From Barthelona sp. PAP020 (taxonomy: Eukaryota): a DNA stretch of 51,836 nt. Location of the stretch: contig JARQWU010000042.1 in assembly GCA_040182905.1 (NCBI GenBank), positions 1 to 51,836 on the forward strand, in the 5' to 3' direction. A model generated the notes under the pieces. That model was not told where the DNA came from. It did not search any database and saw only the letters and a list, made by a program, of their open reading frames with translations. A program made the translations under genes and the position numbers. Positions within the stretch are counted from its first letter, which is position 1. Each line of letters opens with the position of its first letter. This document shows, in pieces, positions 36,091 through 44,603 of the stretch.

Positions 36091-37941
36091 TTATTTCTTT
36101 CTGCTGGAAGTTTTAACTTTTTTGGAATCAGAAGTTGCCAAAGTTTCAAGCATTTGAGGATTTATAACACCATCACCTACTTGGAAACATCTATTGGTAA
36201 AATCTGACGGATACGCAGAAACATAACGAGATATAGTTGGTTTACACAGAATTTTTTCATTCGCCAAAACAATGTTTTGCAAAGTTGATTTGAGATCTTT
36301 TTCTGCACTTTCAAACATTTGGCTTATTCTGCCTTTGAAAGTGATATTTATTTCATGATTTACATTGTGAATCAAGTCTTGGACATTTTTCAGTCTTTTG
36401 GCTTCCAAAATGCTTGGAGGAGAATTTTTTAAGGTCAATATGGCAGTTTCAAGGGAAGAAATCTTGTTTTTGTTTTCTGTTTGGTTAGAATCAGTCTTTG
36501 AGTTCAAGTTTTCCAAAGAAAAGTCAAACAAGGCCCTATAAGTGGATGTTTGTTCCTCAAGCATCTTTTTGGATTTTGCCAGCACTTCTTTTAATGTGGT
36601 GATGGTGTTTGTATTTTCAATCAATAATTTTTTCAATTGAAGATTTTCTTGTTGGAATGATTGAATTATCTCCTTGTTTTGAATTTCACCCATGTTTAGT
36701 TGACGCACATTCTCATTCATAGCTTTTAGTTCCTTGGAAGCCAATACATTTTCTCTGACAATTCGCTCAACACGCTTTAATTGTTCTCTATTGTTTTTCA
36801 GACTTGTATTACCCAAAGCATGAGTGTATGAATTAATCAACTGTTCAATTGATTCAACAGTCTGATCTCCCAGTTTGTCAAACTGATGATTTGATCCAAA
36901 ATATTCTTGTAAACTCTGAATTTTTGCTTCTTTTTCAGCTAAAAGGGCTTCATAGTGCTGAATCAATTCATTTCTATTGAGGTTCTTAGTCATTTCTTTG
37001 TCTGAATCCAAAAATTCATAAACAGGAATATCTTTCAAAAATTCCTCAATCTCGTTCAAACTTTCCTCATATTTTGATGGATTCACAAACTCATTAATGA
37101 ACTTTGAGGGTTTTTGAGGGTTTTTTAGCGTCTCATATAAATAATTGTTTTCTTCTTGCAGACTAAACAATTCGTTTTGTAAGGCATGGATTAAAAACTC
37201 CAAATGTGACGGTGAAGATTGAGACAAATTTCTGCGTCTCAATAAAGGTTCAGTAACAAAACGCTTTTCTCTTCCACGCAAAATCTCATTTTCTTTTTTT
37301 AACCGAGTATTTGATTCCAAAAGATTCTCAATAGATCCATGGTTCTGAAGCACTTCTGTTATTGCAATGTTACGTTCATAGTCAATCAATCTTGCTTTTA
37401 ACAAAAGAATAAATTCTTGCAATTTTTTGAATTTCAAATCCAATAAACTTGCCAACTGCAACTCTTTTGATGAATGGGTCAAAGACAACGTTTTAGTCAG
37501 CTCCTTTGTATCAATCATCATTCCCTTTGTATTGGGAGGTGTTTGACCAGAGATATTTTGACTTCTTGAATATTTAGACATCTCCTCAGAAATTGCCCTT
37601 ATTGACAACTCTAACTCTTTGGGATCTGTATTCATAGGTAAAAACACAGCATTTGTCAGGGTTTCAAGTTGAATTTTCAAATCTCTGACTTCATTTTTCA
37701 AATTCTGTCTGTTCAATTCAGTTTCGTCCAAAGAACGTTTCATTAACTCGTTTAACTTTGAAGATTCATTTAATTCATCTTCAAAAAAAATTGCTACTTT
37801 GGTCAATTCTTCAATCAACGTGTTTTTGTCAGATACAACTTTTGATCCATTTGTTTGTGTCAATTCTTTCAAATACATTGACATGCTTTCTCTATCTTGT
37901 ACAGTTTGGGATAAATTTAAAGAAGGTAGTTCGTCATTCAT
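36091..37941 (-). CDS. Long coiled-coil protein (~616 aa), function unknown
   Basis: E/K/L/Q/N-rich heptad pattern throughout (e.g. LNRQNLKNEVRDLKIQLETL). The first in-frame ATG is at 37941 (MNDELPSL); the track start at 37989 is TTG. Confidence 0.75.
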   Translation of the reverse strand: MNDELPSLNLSQTVQDRESMSMYLKELTQTNGSKVVSDKNTLIEELTKVAIFFEDELNESSKLNELMKRSLDETELNRQNLKNEVRDLKIQLETLTNAVFLPMNTDPKELELSIRAISEEMSKYSRSQNISGQTPPNTKGMMIDTKELTKTLSLTHSSKELQLASLLDLKFKKLQEFILLLKARLIDYERNIAITEVLQNHGSIENLLESNTRLKKENEILRGREKRFVTEPLLRRRNLSQSSPSHLEFLIHALQNELFSLQEENNYLYETLKNPQKPSKFINEFVNPSKYEESLNEIEEFLKDIPVYEFLDSDKEMTKNLNRNELIQHYEALLAEKEAKIQSLQEYFGSNHQFDKLGDQTVESIEQLINSYTHALGNTSLKNNREQLKRVERIVRENVLASKELKAMNENVRQLNMGEIQNKEIIQSFQQENLQLKKLLIENTNTITTLKEVLAKSKKMLEEQTSTYRALFDFSLENLNSKTDSNQTENKNKISSLETAILTLKNSPPSILEAKRLKNVQDLIHNVNHEINITFKGRISQMFESAEKDLKSTLQNIVLANEKILCKPTISRYVSAYPSDFTNRCFQVGDGVINPQMLETLATSDSKKVKTSSRKK

Positions 37942-38287
37942 GCTGATTGGCAATAAAAAAAAATCAAAACTCAACTTTTCATTTTTCAAAAAACAATGTG
38001 TCAGTGTGTTATAAATTGCTCAAGGAAAAGCTATATGATTCAAAAATAACGTAATTTGAACATCTTAGTTCAATGCTTCCACAATTCTTGCTTTTGTTTT
38101 TGCACAGCCAAATTTTGATACATGATAATTAAAAGCTGTACTTTTGAAAAAGCAATAATTTTATCAAATATATAATAACTAAAAAAAGAAATTCTACTGT
38201 TAACAGAATTACTCATCAACATCAAAATTAATGGTTTTTATTTGATTTATTTATGAATATTTAATCTCAAATTTTTCGCCAAATGCA

Positions 38288-41200
38288 ATGAATACCAAAG
38301 AATCTAAGATTATTCAAAAATTCTCCTTGGACAACTCGAAAAACATTTCTTCAACCTATTTTATATATTCTTCCTTGTTTGAAGTTTTGTCATTAATATG
38401 GATAATGTATTTTTCAAGAAATAGATGGCTTTATTTGGTTTTTTTACTTTTAATATTAATAACACAAATGATAATTTTCATCATAAGAAATAAAGGGAGA
38501 AATTTGACGAAATATCATGTGGTTTTGCTCTTCTTTACTTATAGTTATGTGTTGCTAAGCAATGAATCATCTGACGTGGTTTTTCTTTTGCTGTTTATAA
38601 TTAATTCAATGATAACACAAATGGTAAATTCCAATTTGAAGAAGTTAATTATTGGTTCAATTGTGGTTTTTTCAATGGCCGTATCTTTTTCCATTCTTCT
38701 TTTGCCTTTTGATTTTTTTCTTGGGATCAAATGCAGTATTTTTGAATTGTTCATCTTGTTTATTGCAGTTTTGTTGAATCAAATTTTTTTTGTTTCTGTG
38801 AACAAATATAGAAACGATGTTGTTGAATATTTGTTTCAAATAACTGATCAGTTGAATATTTTTGACCATCTATCACATAATTTAGCTGCTCGACTTTTAC
38901 CAAAATCCATTTTTGAAGTGTTTCAAGCTGATTTCTATAGGTTTTCAAATATTTGCAATGCAACATGTAGCGATGCGTTTGATCTTGATGATGTTGACTT
39001 TAAAGAAAATATATCCACTGATTTTTCGAAGAAAATCAAAATTTACAAGGATGTACCTGTTTTATGTTGCTATGTTCCATCTAATGAAGTAAATTTGACT
39101 ATTTTTGATAGAACAGACTTTCTAATGTTTTATAGGGAATATTTTGTGTTTGTTGATAAGTTGGTTGTATTGTATGATTTGGAAAAGTTACGTGTTATGG
39201 ACAACCTTATCATTATCACACCTAAATTAAAACATCTTAAAGAATGGGACATGTCTGTGGCAAATGATTGCTTTTCAGACACTGACACCTTTGAAAGTCC
39301 TAATGATAAAAAGAAAAATAGTTATCCCCTCACAAGTATAGACGATTGTATCAATGACTGCGAAAATCATAGTATTTTTGGAGGAAATAAAAATCATTAC
39401 AACAAGATCTTTGAAAAGGATACACAGAAGCAAATCAATGATTTGGTAAAATTCGCAATGATATTGAATGACATGTCAAAACTATGTGGTATGATTCTTG
39501 AAAGTAATGATTATGTATCAATTGGTATCGCTGTTGGATATTTGTGTGTTACAATAATGGGACATTCCAACCACAAGGTTTTTTCATGGGGAACAGGAAT
39601 GAATGAAGCAATTCGTCTTGCATATGTTGGAAAATCGGCGAAGTTATCGTTTGATCGAAAAATTTTTATTCAACCCTCATTGTTTTATTGTTTACAACCT
39701 AAATTCCATTGTTCAATGTTTAATTTTGATGAAAATATCATTTTGAATGTACACTACATAAAAAAGAGAAGCCTTAAATCTGGGATAGATTTTGAGAATC
39801 ATATTTCCATTTCAAAGACTTTTAAAGCATTTCCGTTCAATAGATCTGAATTTTCGAAGTTTAAAACATATGAAAAAGTACCTTTTGGTTCTTTTGAATC
39901 TCCTCTAGACACATTGAGGTTAAAGAGCACTCAATTTCTCAGTAAAACTCAACAAAAAGACTATAGAATTGTGATTATCTTCAGAGCATGCATTATATTG
40001 TGCAATATAAAGATTTTGCTTAATGTTTCAAACCTTTCAACCATTGATGCCGCTAATATTTCAGTATCTTTGCTTTATAATGTTGTTATGACCACAAAAC
40101 TTGGACCATATATTATTGGAGCAATAGGCAATCAAAAGAAACACAAATTTCTCTCAACAGTTGTTCTTTTGCCGTTTTTTATCCTCATACTGCAGAATGT
40201 TTTGATGGCATTCACTTTATCTAGTGAAACACCGTTGTTGTTTTTTGGAAACAATACAATTCCCAACATTTTCTTACTTACTTACAACCATATGATCTTA
40301 TGGATAGTCTGCGCTAATGCAGTTACGTTAGTCAGTTTTGTTATTAATTTTGGGTTCAAACATTCTGTCACAGGTATTTTGACCGGGCAATTATTAATGA
40401 TATCTATTGGATTTTGGAAGAAGAATTATTTCTTAGTGATCTTAATTTTCACAACATTTTCTCAATTGTTGAGATACGTTATATTCTGCAAAATATGGTT
40501 GGATCTTACATGTAAAACCAAAAATTGTTATTTGAACGTGTATCACAGAGTTAAAACAATTGGACAAGTCATTCCTCAGTATGCATTGGAGGCATTGTTA
40601 AGAAATGACAGAAATGAGTTGATATGGGATCATAAAGATGGCGTTGTTGCTGTTATTAAATTGAAATTTATATTAATCAACAATGAATTTCTGATAAGCC
40701 TTCGGTGTGCTCATAAAAAGTTCGATAAACATTGTTCTTTGAGAAGAGAAGAAGAAAGGAACAAAACACAAATTGACATTGATATTGCAAAGAATCAATT
40801 GTATTCAGTAATTTTAAAGAAGATTGAAAAAGTTATTTTGGCATTTTCTGAAATAACGCTGATTGACTGGAGAGATGATCAAATTTTACTGATTGGAGAT
40901 GTAGCCCCTTCTAAAGCATGTGAAAGAGATGAAAGATCTGAAGATTTTATCGAATTTAACAAATGTTCACAAATGTTGAATTGTGTTTCATGTATTATTG
41001 AGATTATTAATGAGTTTAATGAAAAGAATGATTTGTTTGTTATTAAACACACGGCAGCTGTTAATCATGGTGATTTTACAACTGGAATTTTTGCGGAAGA
41101 TAGAATAAATTATTTTTGTTATGGTTTATCCATTTACCGAGCAAAGAATATTGCTGTTGATGAAAATAGTGGGTTAATATTAGCAACGAAGAAATTTGCT

Positions 41201-41443
41201 GCAATTTACAAGAAAACATACAATTCTGCCATTAAAAAATTAGATCAATTGGCTCAATCGAATACCGAAGAGTTTGAAAAATGTGTGTTGATTTTGAACA
41301 CTCTTAACATTCCTGGATCAATCTTCAATTTACAAAATCCAAAGAATATTCATTCAGTTCATCGCAATGTTTTTTGTTTTGTTCCTTTTGAAGAAGATGT
41401 GTTTCAGGTGCAACACAAAAAAAAGAGAAAAGGAAGTTTTTGA
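38288..41443 (+). CDS. Class III adenylyl/guanylyl cyclase-like membrane protein with (TM cluster-cyclase)x2 architecture; catalytic motifs degenerate
   Basis: Two hydrophobic clusters, each followed by a cyclase-like block. Block 1: RLLPKSIF, YKDVPVLCCYV, VDKLVVLYDLEKLRVMDN, IGIAVG...IMG...VFSWGTGMNEAIRL. Block 2: QVIPQYAL, HKDGVVAVIKL, ITLIDWRDD, AAVNHGDFTTGIF...YFCYGLSIYRA. Confidence 0.75.
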   Translation: MNTKESKIIQKFSLDNSKNISSTYFIYSSLFEVLSLIWIMYFSRNRWLYLVFLLLILITQMIIFIIRNKGRNLTKYHVVLLFFTYSYVLLSNESSDVVFLLLFIINSMITQMVNSNLKKLIIGSIVVFSMAVSFSILLLPFDFFLGIKCSIFELFILFIAVLLNQIFFVSVNKYRNDVVEYLFQITDQLNIFDHLSHNLAARLLPKSIFEVFQADFYRFSNICNATCSDAFDLDDVDFKENISTDFSKKIKIYKDVPVLCCYVPSNEVNLTIFDRTDFLMFYREYFVFVDKLVVLYDLEKLRVMDNLIIITPKLKHLKEWDMSVANDCFSDTDTFESPNDKKKNSYPLTSIDDCINDCENHSIFGGNKNHYNKIFEKDTQKQINDLVKFAMILNDMSKLCGMILESNDYVSIGIAVGYLCVTIMGHSNHKVFSWGTGMNEAIRLAYVGKSAKLSFDRKIFIQPSLFYCLQPKFHCSMFNFDENIILNVHYIKKRSLKSGIDFENHISISKTFKAFPFNRSEFSKFKTYEKVPFGSFESPLDTLRLKSTQFLSKTQQKDYRIVIIFRACIILCNIKILLNVSNLSTIDAANISVSLLYNVVMTTKLGPYIIGAIGNQKKHKFLSTVVLLPFFILILQNVLMAFTLSSETPLLFFGNNTIPNIFLLTYNHMILWIVCANAVTLVSFVINFGFKHSVTGILTGQLLMISIGFWKKNYFLVILIFTTFSQLLRYVIFCKIWLDLTCKTKNCYLNVYHRVKTIGQVIPQYALEALLRNDRNELIWDHKDGVVAVIKLKFILINNEFLISLRCAHKKFDKHCSLRREEERNKTQIDIDIAKNQLYSVILKKIEKVILAFSEITLIDWRDDQILLIGDVAPSKACERDERSEDFIEFNKCSQMLNCVSCIIEIINEFNEKNDLFVIKHTAAVNHGDFTTGIFAEDRINYFCYGLSIYRAKNIAVDENSGLILATKKFAAIYKKTYNSAIKKLDQLAQSNTEEFEKCVLILNTLNIPGSIFNLQNPKNIHSVHRNVFCFVPFEEDVFQVQHKKKRKGSF

Positions 41444-41687
41444 CACATCAAATTTGTGGGTGATTTATCTTTATGTAAAAGTGGTAATTATTTATTTTTC
41501 AGGGTGATGTTTACAAAACTTTTATTTTCTTTTCACATCATTGTTTATAAATCTTGTTTTTTTGAAGATTCAGTCAATTATTTGCTTAAGATTATGGGAC
41601 AAGCAATTTCAAATAAAAACAATAATAAATGATTGAACTAACAAAAACAATTTATACTTGCTTCACAAAAAAAAATACACTGAAAAA

Positions 41688-42968
41688 TTATGTTTGTTTC
41701 AATTGGTCAATCAATTTGCTATGATCTGCTAACTCGGGAAACTTCGAAATTAAAGCGGTAATTGACTTCAAAACTTCAGTTTTATCAATAGAGCTCAATA
41801 ACAACCTAGTTAATTGAATCAAAGAAGCACAATGTGTCATGCATTCTTGTATTGGCAAAGGAGTTGACATCAAGTATTCAGCACTAGAATTCAAAAAAAT
41901 TTCAATGAAACCGTCCGGCAAAAATCCATCTTTAGAGAGTGGATATATTAACTCAAACTTTTGCTGGGATAATGGAGGGTCGAAAACTTTCAAATACTCA
42001 AAAGTGTTTCTTTCCTTCAAAACGCAGGCAATTTTCAGAACATGTTTAACAATGTACAAGTTACCATGTTCAAACAAACAAAGCAATTTCTCGATAGTTG
42101 GAAACAATGTCGAAATCATTGAATAATTATGACATAAGTTAATCAACTCAAATTGCTGTGCATCACTCAAACGGTCGTTAACACCCACTGAAATTAAGGA
42201 TTCGGCTTGCTTTAAATTACCAACTTCAACTAAAGGAGATTCATTTTCTGATTCTAAAGGACACCATAACATGGAAGGAAGGACTATTGGTGGAATACCC
42301 ATCAAGAAATCAGTGGTTTGAATATTAGTAAGTGGGGGCAAGCTACGAATGAAAGGGGGATAAAATTTTCGATCCAAGTCTTCCTTTTTCAACTGACTAA
42401 AATTTAAATCAGAATCTAATGAAGGATCAAAGTCATGAATAATAGCTGGAACAGGAACTGCGCCAAGAGATGATGTCCCAGAAACAAGTGTTGACAATTC
42501 TATCAGTTGTTGCAAGTTTGCCGGATCGATATTGTCAGGAACTTTCTGATATTTTTCATTTTGTAAAGAACTGAACGATTCTTCACCTATTTGAGTTAAT
42601 GATGGATATTTACGTCCATCAAATTTAGTATTTGACCGAAGTCTTAATAAAATTGTTGCACAAACCATCTTTTCTGTACGTCTAACAATACTTTGTAACT
42701 GAGACTCAAAATATAACTGAAGAATAAATGGTAAAAATGGATTCTCAGAGGGGGATACATCTGAAAACATTCTTCCAATAACATATATGCTACACACTCT
42801 TTCACTACAATTTAAACTGTTATCGACCAAGTAAAACTTCAATTGCTCACAGATTTTCAATCGAGTGTCAGAATCATCGTCATACTGTTCAAACACACTT
42901 AAATATATCGTTTCTAAAATCGTAGAACTATTGAAGAGTTCTTTCACATCTTTAATTGATAATGACAT
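41688..42968 (-). CDS. CNOT11: CCR4-NOT complex subunit 11 homologue
   Basis: ENPFLPF, FYPPFIRSLPPL (cf. F.PEFIRPPPPL), LSDAQQFELI, TIEKL..LFEHGN, LPDGFIEIFLNSS, in the order and approximate spacing of CNOT11 motifs. Confidence 0.75.
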   Translation of the reverse strand: MSLSIKDVKELFNSSTILETIYLSVFEQYDDDSDTRLKICEQLKFYLVDNSLNCSERVCSIYVIGRMFSDVSPSENPFLPFILQLYFESQLQSIVRRTEKMVCATILLRLRSNTKFDGRKYPSLTQIGEESFSSLQNEKYQKVPDNIDPANLQQLIELSTLVSGTSSLGAVPVPAIIHDFDPSLDSDLNFSQLKKEDLDRKFYPPFIRSLPPLTNIQTTDFLMGIPPIVLPSMLWCPLESENESPLVEVGNLKQAESLISVGVNDRLSDAQQFELINLCHNYSMISTLFPTIEKLLCLFEHGNLYIVKHVLKIACVLKERNTFEYLKVFDPPLSQQKFELIYPLSKDGFLPDGFIEIFLNSSAEYLMSTPLPIQECMTHCASLIQLTRLLLSSIDKTEVLKSITALISKFPELADHSKLIDQLKQT

Positions 42969-43211
42969 TGAAAAAATTGGAAATAAATAATGAAAGAAAT
43001 ACTATTTTTTTTATATTTACTGTTCATTCACCTTTCATAAAAGAAATTGAATTAATGCAACAAAGTTCAGGGAATTGCAATGTTTGAACTTGCTTCTAAT
43101 ATCAAAGTGTTGTTTAATTACAAAAGTTAGTCAAAAACAACGGCTAATTATTTGAAAGAATCAAAAAAAAAGGATTTTGGTTTATAAAATTGTTACAAAT
43201 AAAATATCAAA

Positions 43212-44468
43212 TCACCAAACATTTTCATTGCTACTTTTATTGTTGCGATTCTTTTTATCAGTACTTTTCCTTCTTTGATCTCCTATGTTATTATTGTATT
43301 TGTTTCTCTTTTTATAATTATTACTTCCGTTTTGTTTTTTATTATGATAAGTTCGATTGTTTCTATTGTTATATTTATTATGCCTAAAGAACTCTTTACT
43401 GTTTGCACCAAAACGTGGACCTCGAATAAAGAATGTTTTGGTAGATTCATAGAACGATAAATCATCCAATAATGTGGTTTTTTTTTCTGACCTCGAGTAT
43501 ATTTTCAAAAAATCATTGAATTCAATGTCATTCAATTTATCACAATCTCTCAAATGATTAAAATCATCATCTCGAGCCTCAATTCTAAAATTATCAAAAT
43601 TATCACTTGATATATCTGTTATGTGAATAAATTCGATGTCAAAACCACCTTTCCAATATTTTTTTGAAAATATCTCCAAATTCACTTCAAAATCCACTTT
43701 AGAAGTCATTTTGGCAATTGCACAAATATTATTTGAACTAACAACGCAAAAAATTAAAAAAATTTCCCCTTGTCTGTTCAAAAAGGCCTCATCCAAAATT
43801 TTATTCCCAACCTCAGTGCTTGACCATTTTTTATGCCTAAAAGCCGACCCAACATCATTTTCATTGATAGGTCGAATAATATAAGCAGAACAATTAGTCA
43901 TAGAAAAAGATTTTGAATCTATTTGTTGAACATTTTCAATATCCATAGCATTAATAACGTTAGATTCAATAACATCAATACCAGGGGGACTTTGTGGGCT
44001 CTTATTCAATCTTTTATCAATATGGGGGGTTGACAACATGTTTGTTTTGATTTGAATATCGTTATTAGTTTCTTTATCAGTAAATACAGTATTTTTAAAA
44101 TGGTTTGACACATTTTCAATTTTTGTGAATTGCAAGGAAGACACGTCAACTGATTCCTTGAGATTATTTCTTTCCTGATCAACAGTTATACCAACTGTTT
44201 TAGGGAATAAGTTTTGTTGAGATATGGCTAGCTCATCAGAATTGTATGTAATTTTAGGTGGAACTTCATTTCCTACAGGAATGGGAAAGGAAAATTGTAA
44301 ATTGTCAAAACCATTGTTTATTTCTTCATCAAAGTAATCATTAACAATATTTGAAGTGGATATTTCAGGAAAATCAAAAATTTCTGTGTGTGGACTATGC
44401 AATTCCAAATAATCATTATTAGACAACAATAAATCATCATCTAAAAACAAATTCTCTCGAGGATTCAT
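43212..44468 (-). CDS. YTH-domain m6A RNA reader, YTHDF/Pho92-like
   Basis: YIIRPINENDV...KWSSTEVGNKILDEAF...IFLIFCV.SS..ICAIAKMTSKVDF...FSKKYWKGGFDIEF...RDC...TLLDDLSFYE. Low-complexity N-terminus and N/K/R-rich tail. Confidence 0.9.
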   Translation of the reverse strand: MNPRENLFLDDDLLLSNNDYLELHSPHTEIFDFPEISTSNIVNDYFDEEINNGFDNLQFSFPIPVGNEVPPKITYNSDELAISQQNLFPKTVGITVDQERNNLKESVDVSSLQFTKIENVSNHFKNTVFTDKETNNDIQIKTNMLSTPHIDKRLNKSPQSPPGIDVIESNVINAMDIENVQQIDSKSFSMTNCSAYIIRPINENDVGSAFRHKKWSSTEVGNKILDEAFLNRQGEIFLIFCVVSSNNICAIAKMTSKVDFEVNLEIFSKKYWKGGFDIEFIHITDISSDNFDNFRIEARDDDFNHLRDCDKLNDIEFNDFLKIYSRSEKKTTLLDDLSFYESTKTFFIRGPRFGANSKEFFRHNKYNNRNNRTYHNKKQNGSNNYKKRNKYNNNIGDQRRKSTDKKNRNNKSSNENVW

Positions 44469-44603
44469 AATATTACTGGTTAATGAAATATTTTAATACA
44501 AAATTAACAAATTTGCCAATTTTACATTGGTCAACTTTTTTTTTCTATTATTTTGCACTAATTTTTTATTCTCTTTGTAATATTGTGTTGAAGATATGAT
44601 ATA

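Noticed and set aside
35978..36120. Possible intron or frameshift joining the 616-aa and 183-aa minus-strand ORFs
   Set aside because: The upstream ORF ends in TAA followed by poly-T tracts typical of spacers here. No convincing splice or branch signals, and the downstream ORF has its own ATG.
43055..43095. Hairpin AAGTTCA...TGAACTT between the YTH and CNOT11 genes
   Set aside because: Only a 7-bp AT-rich stem, expected by chance; no further nested structure.
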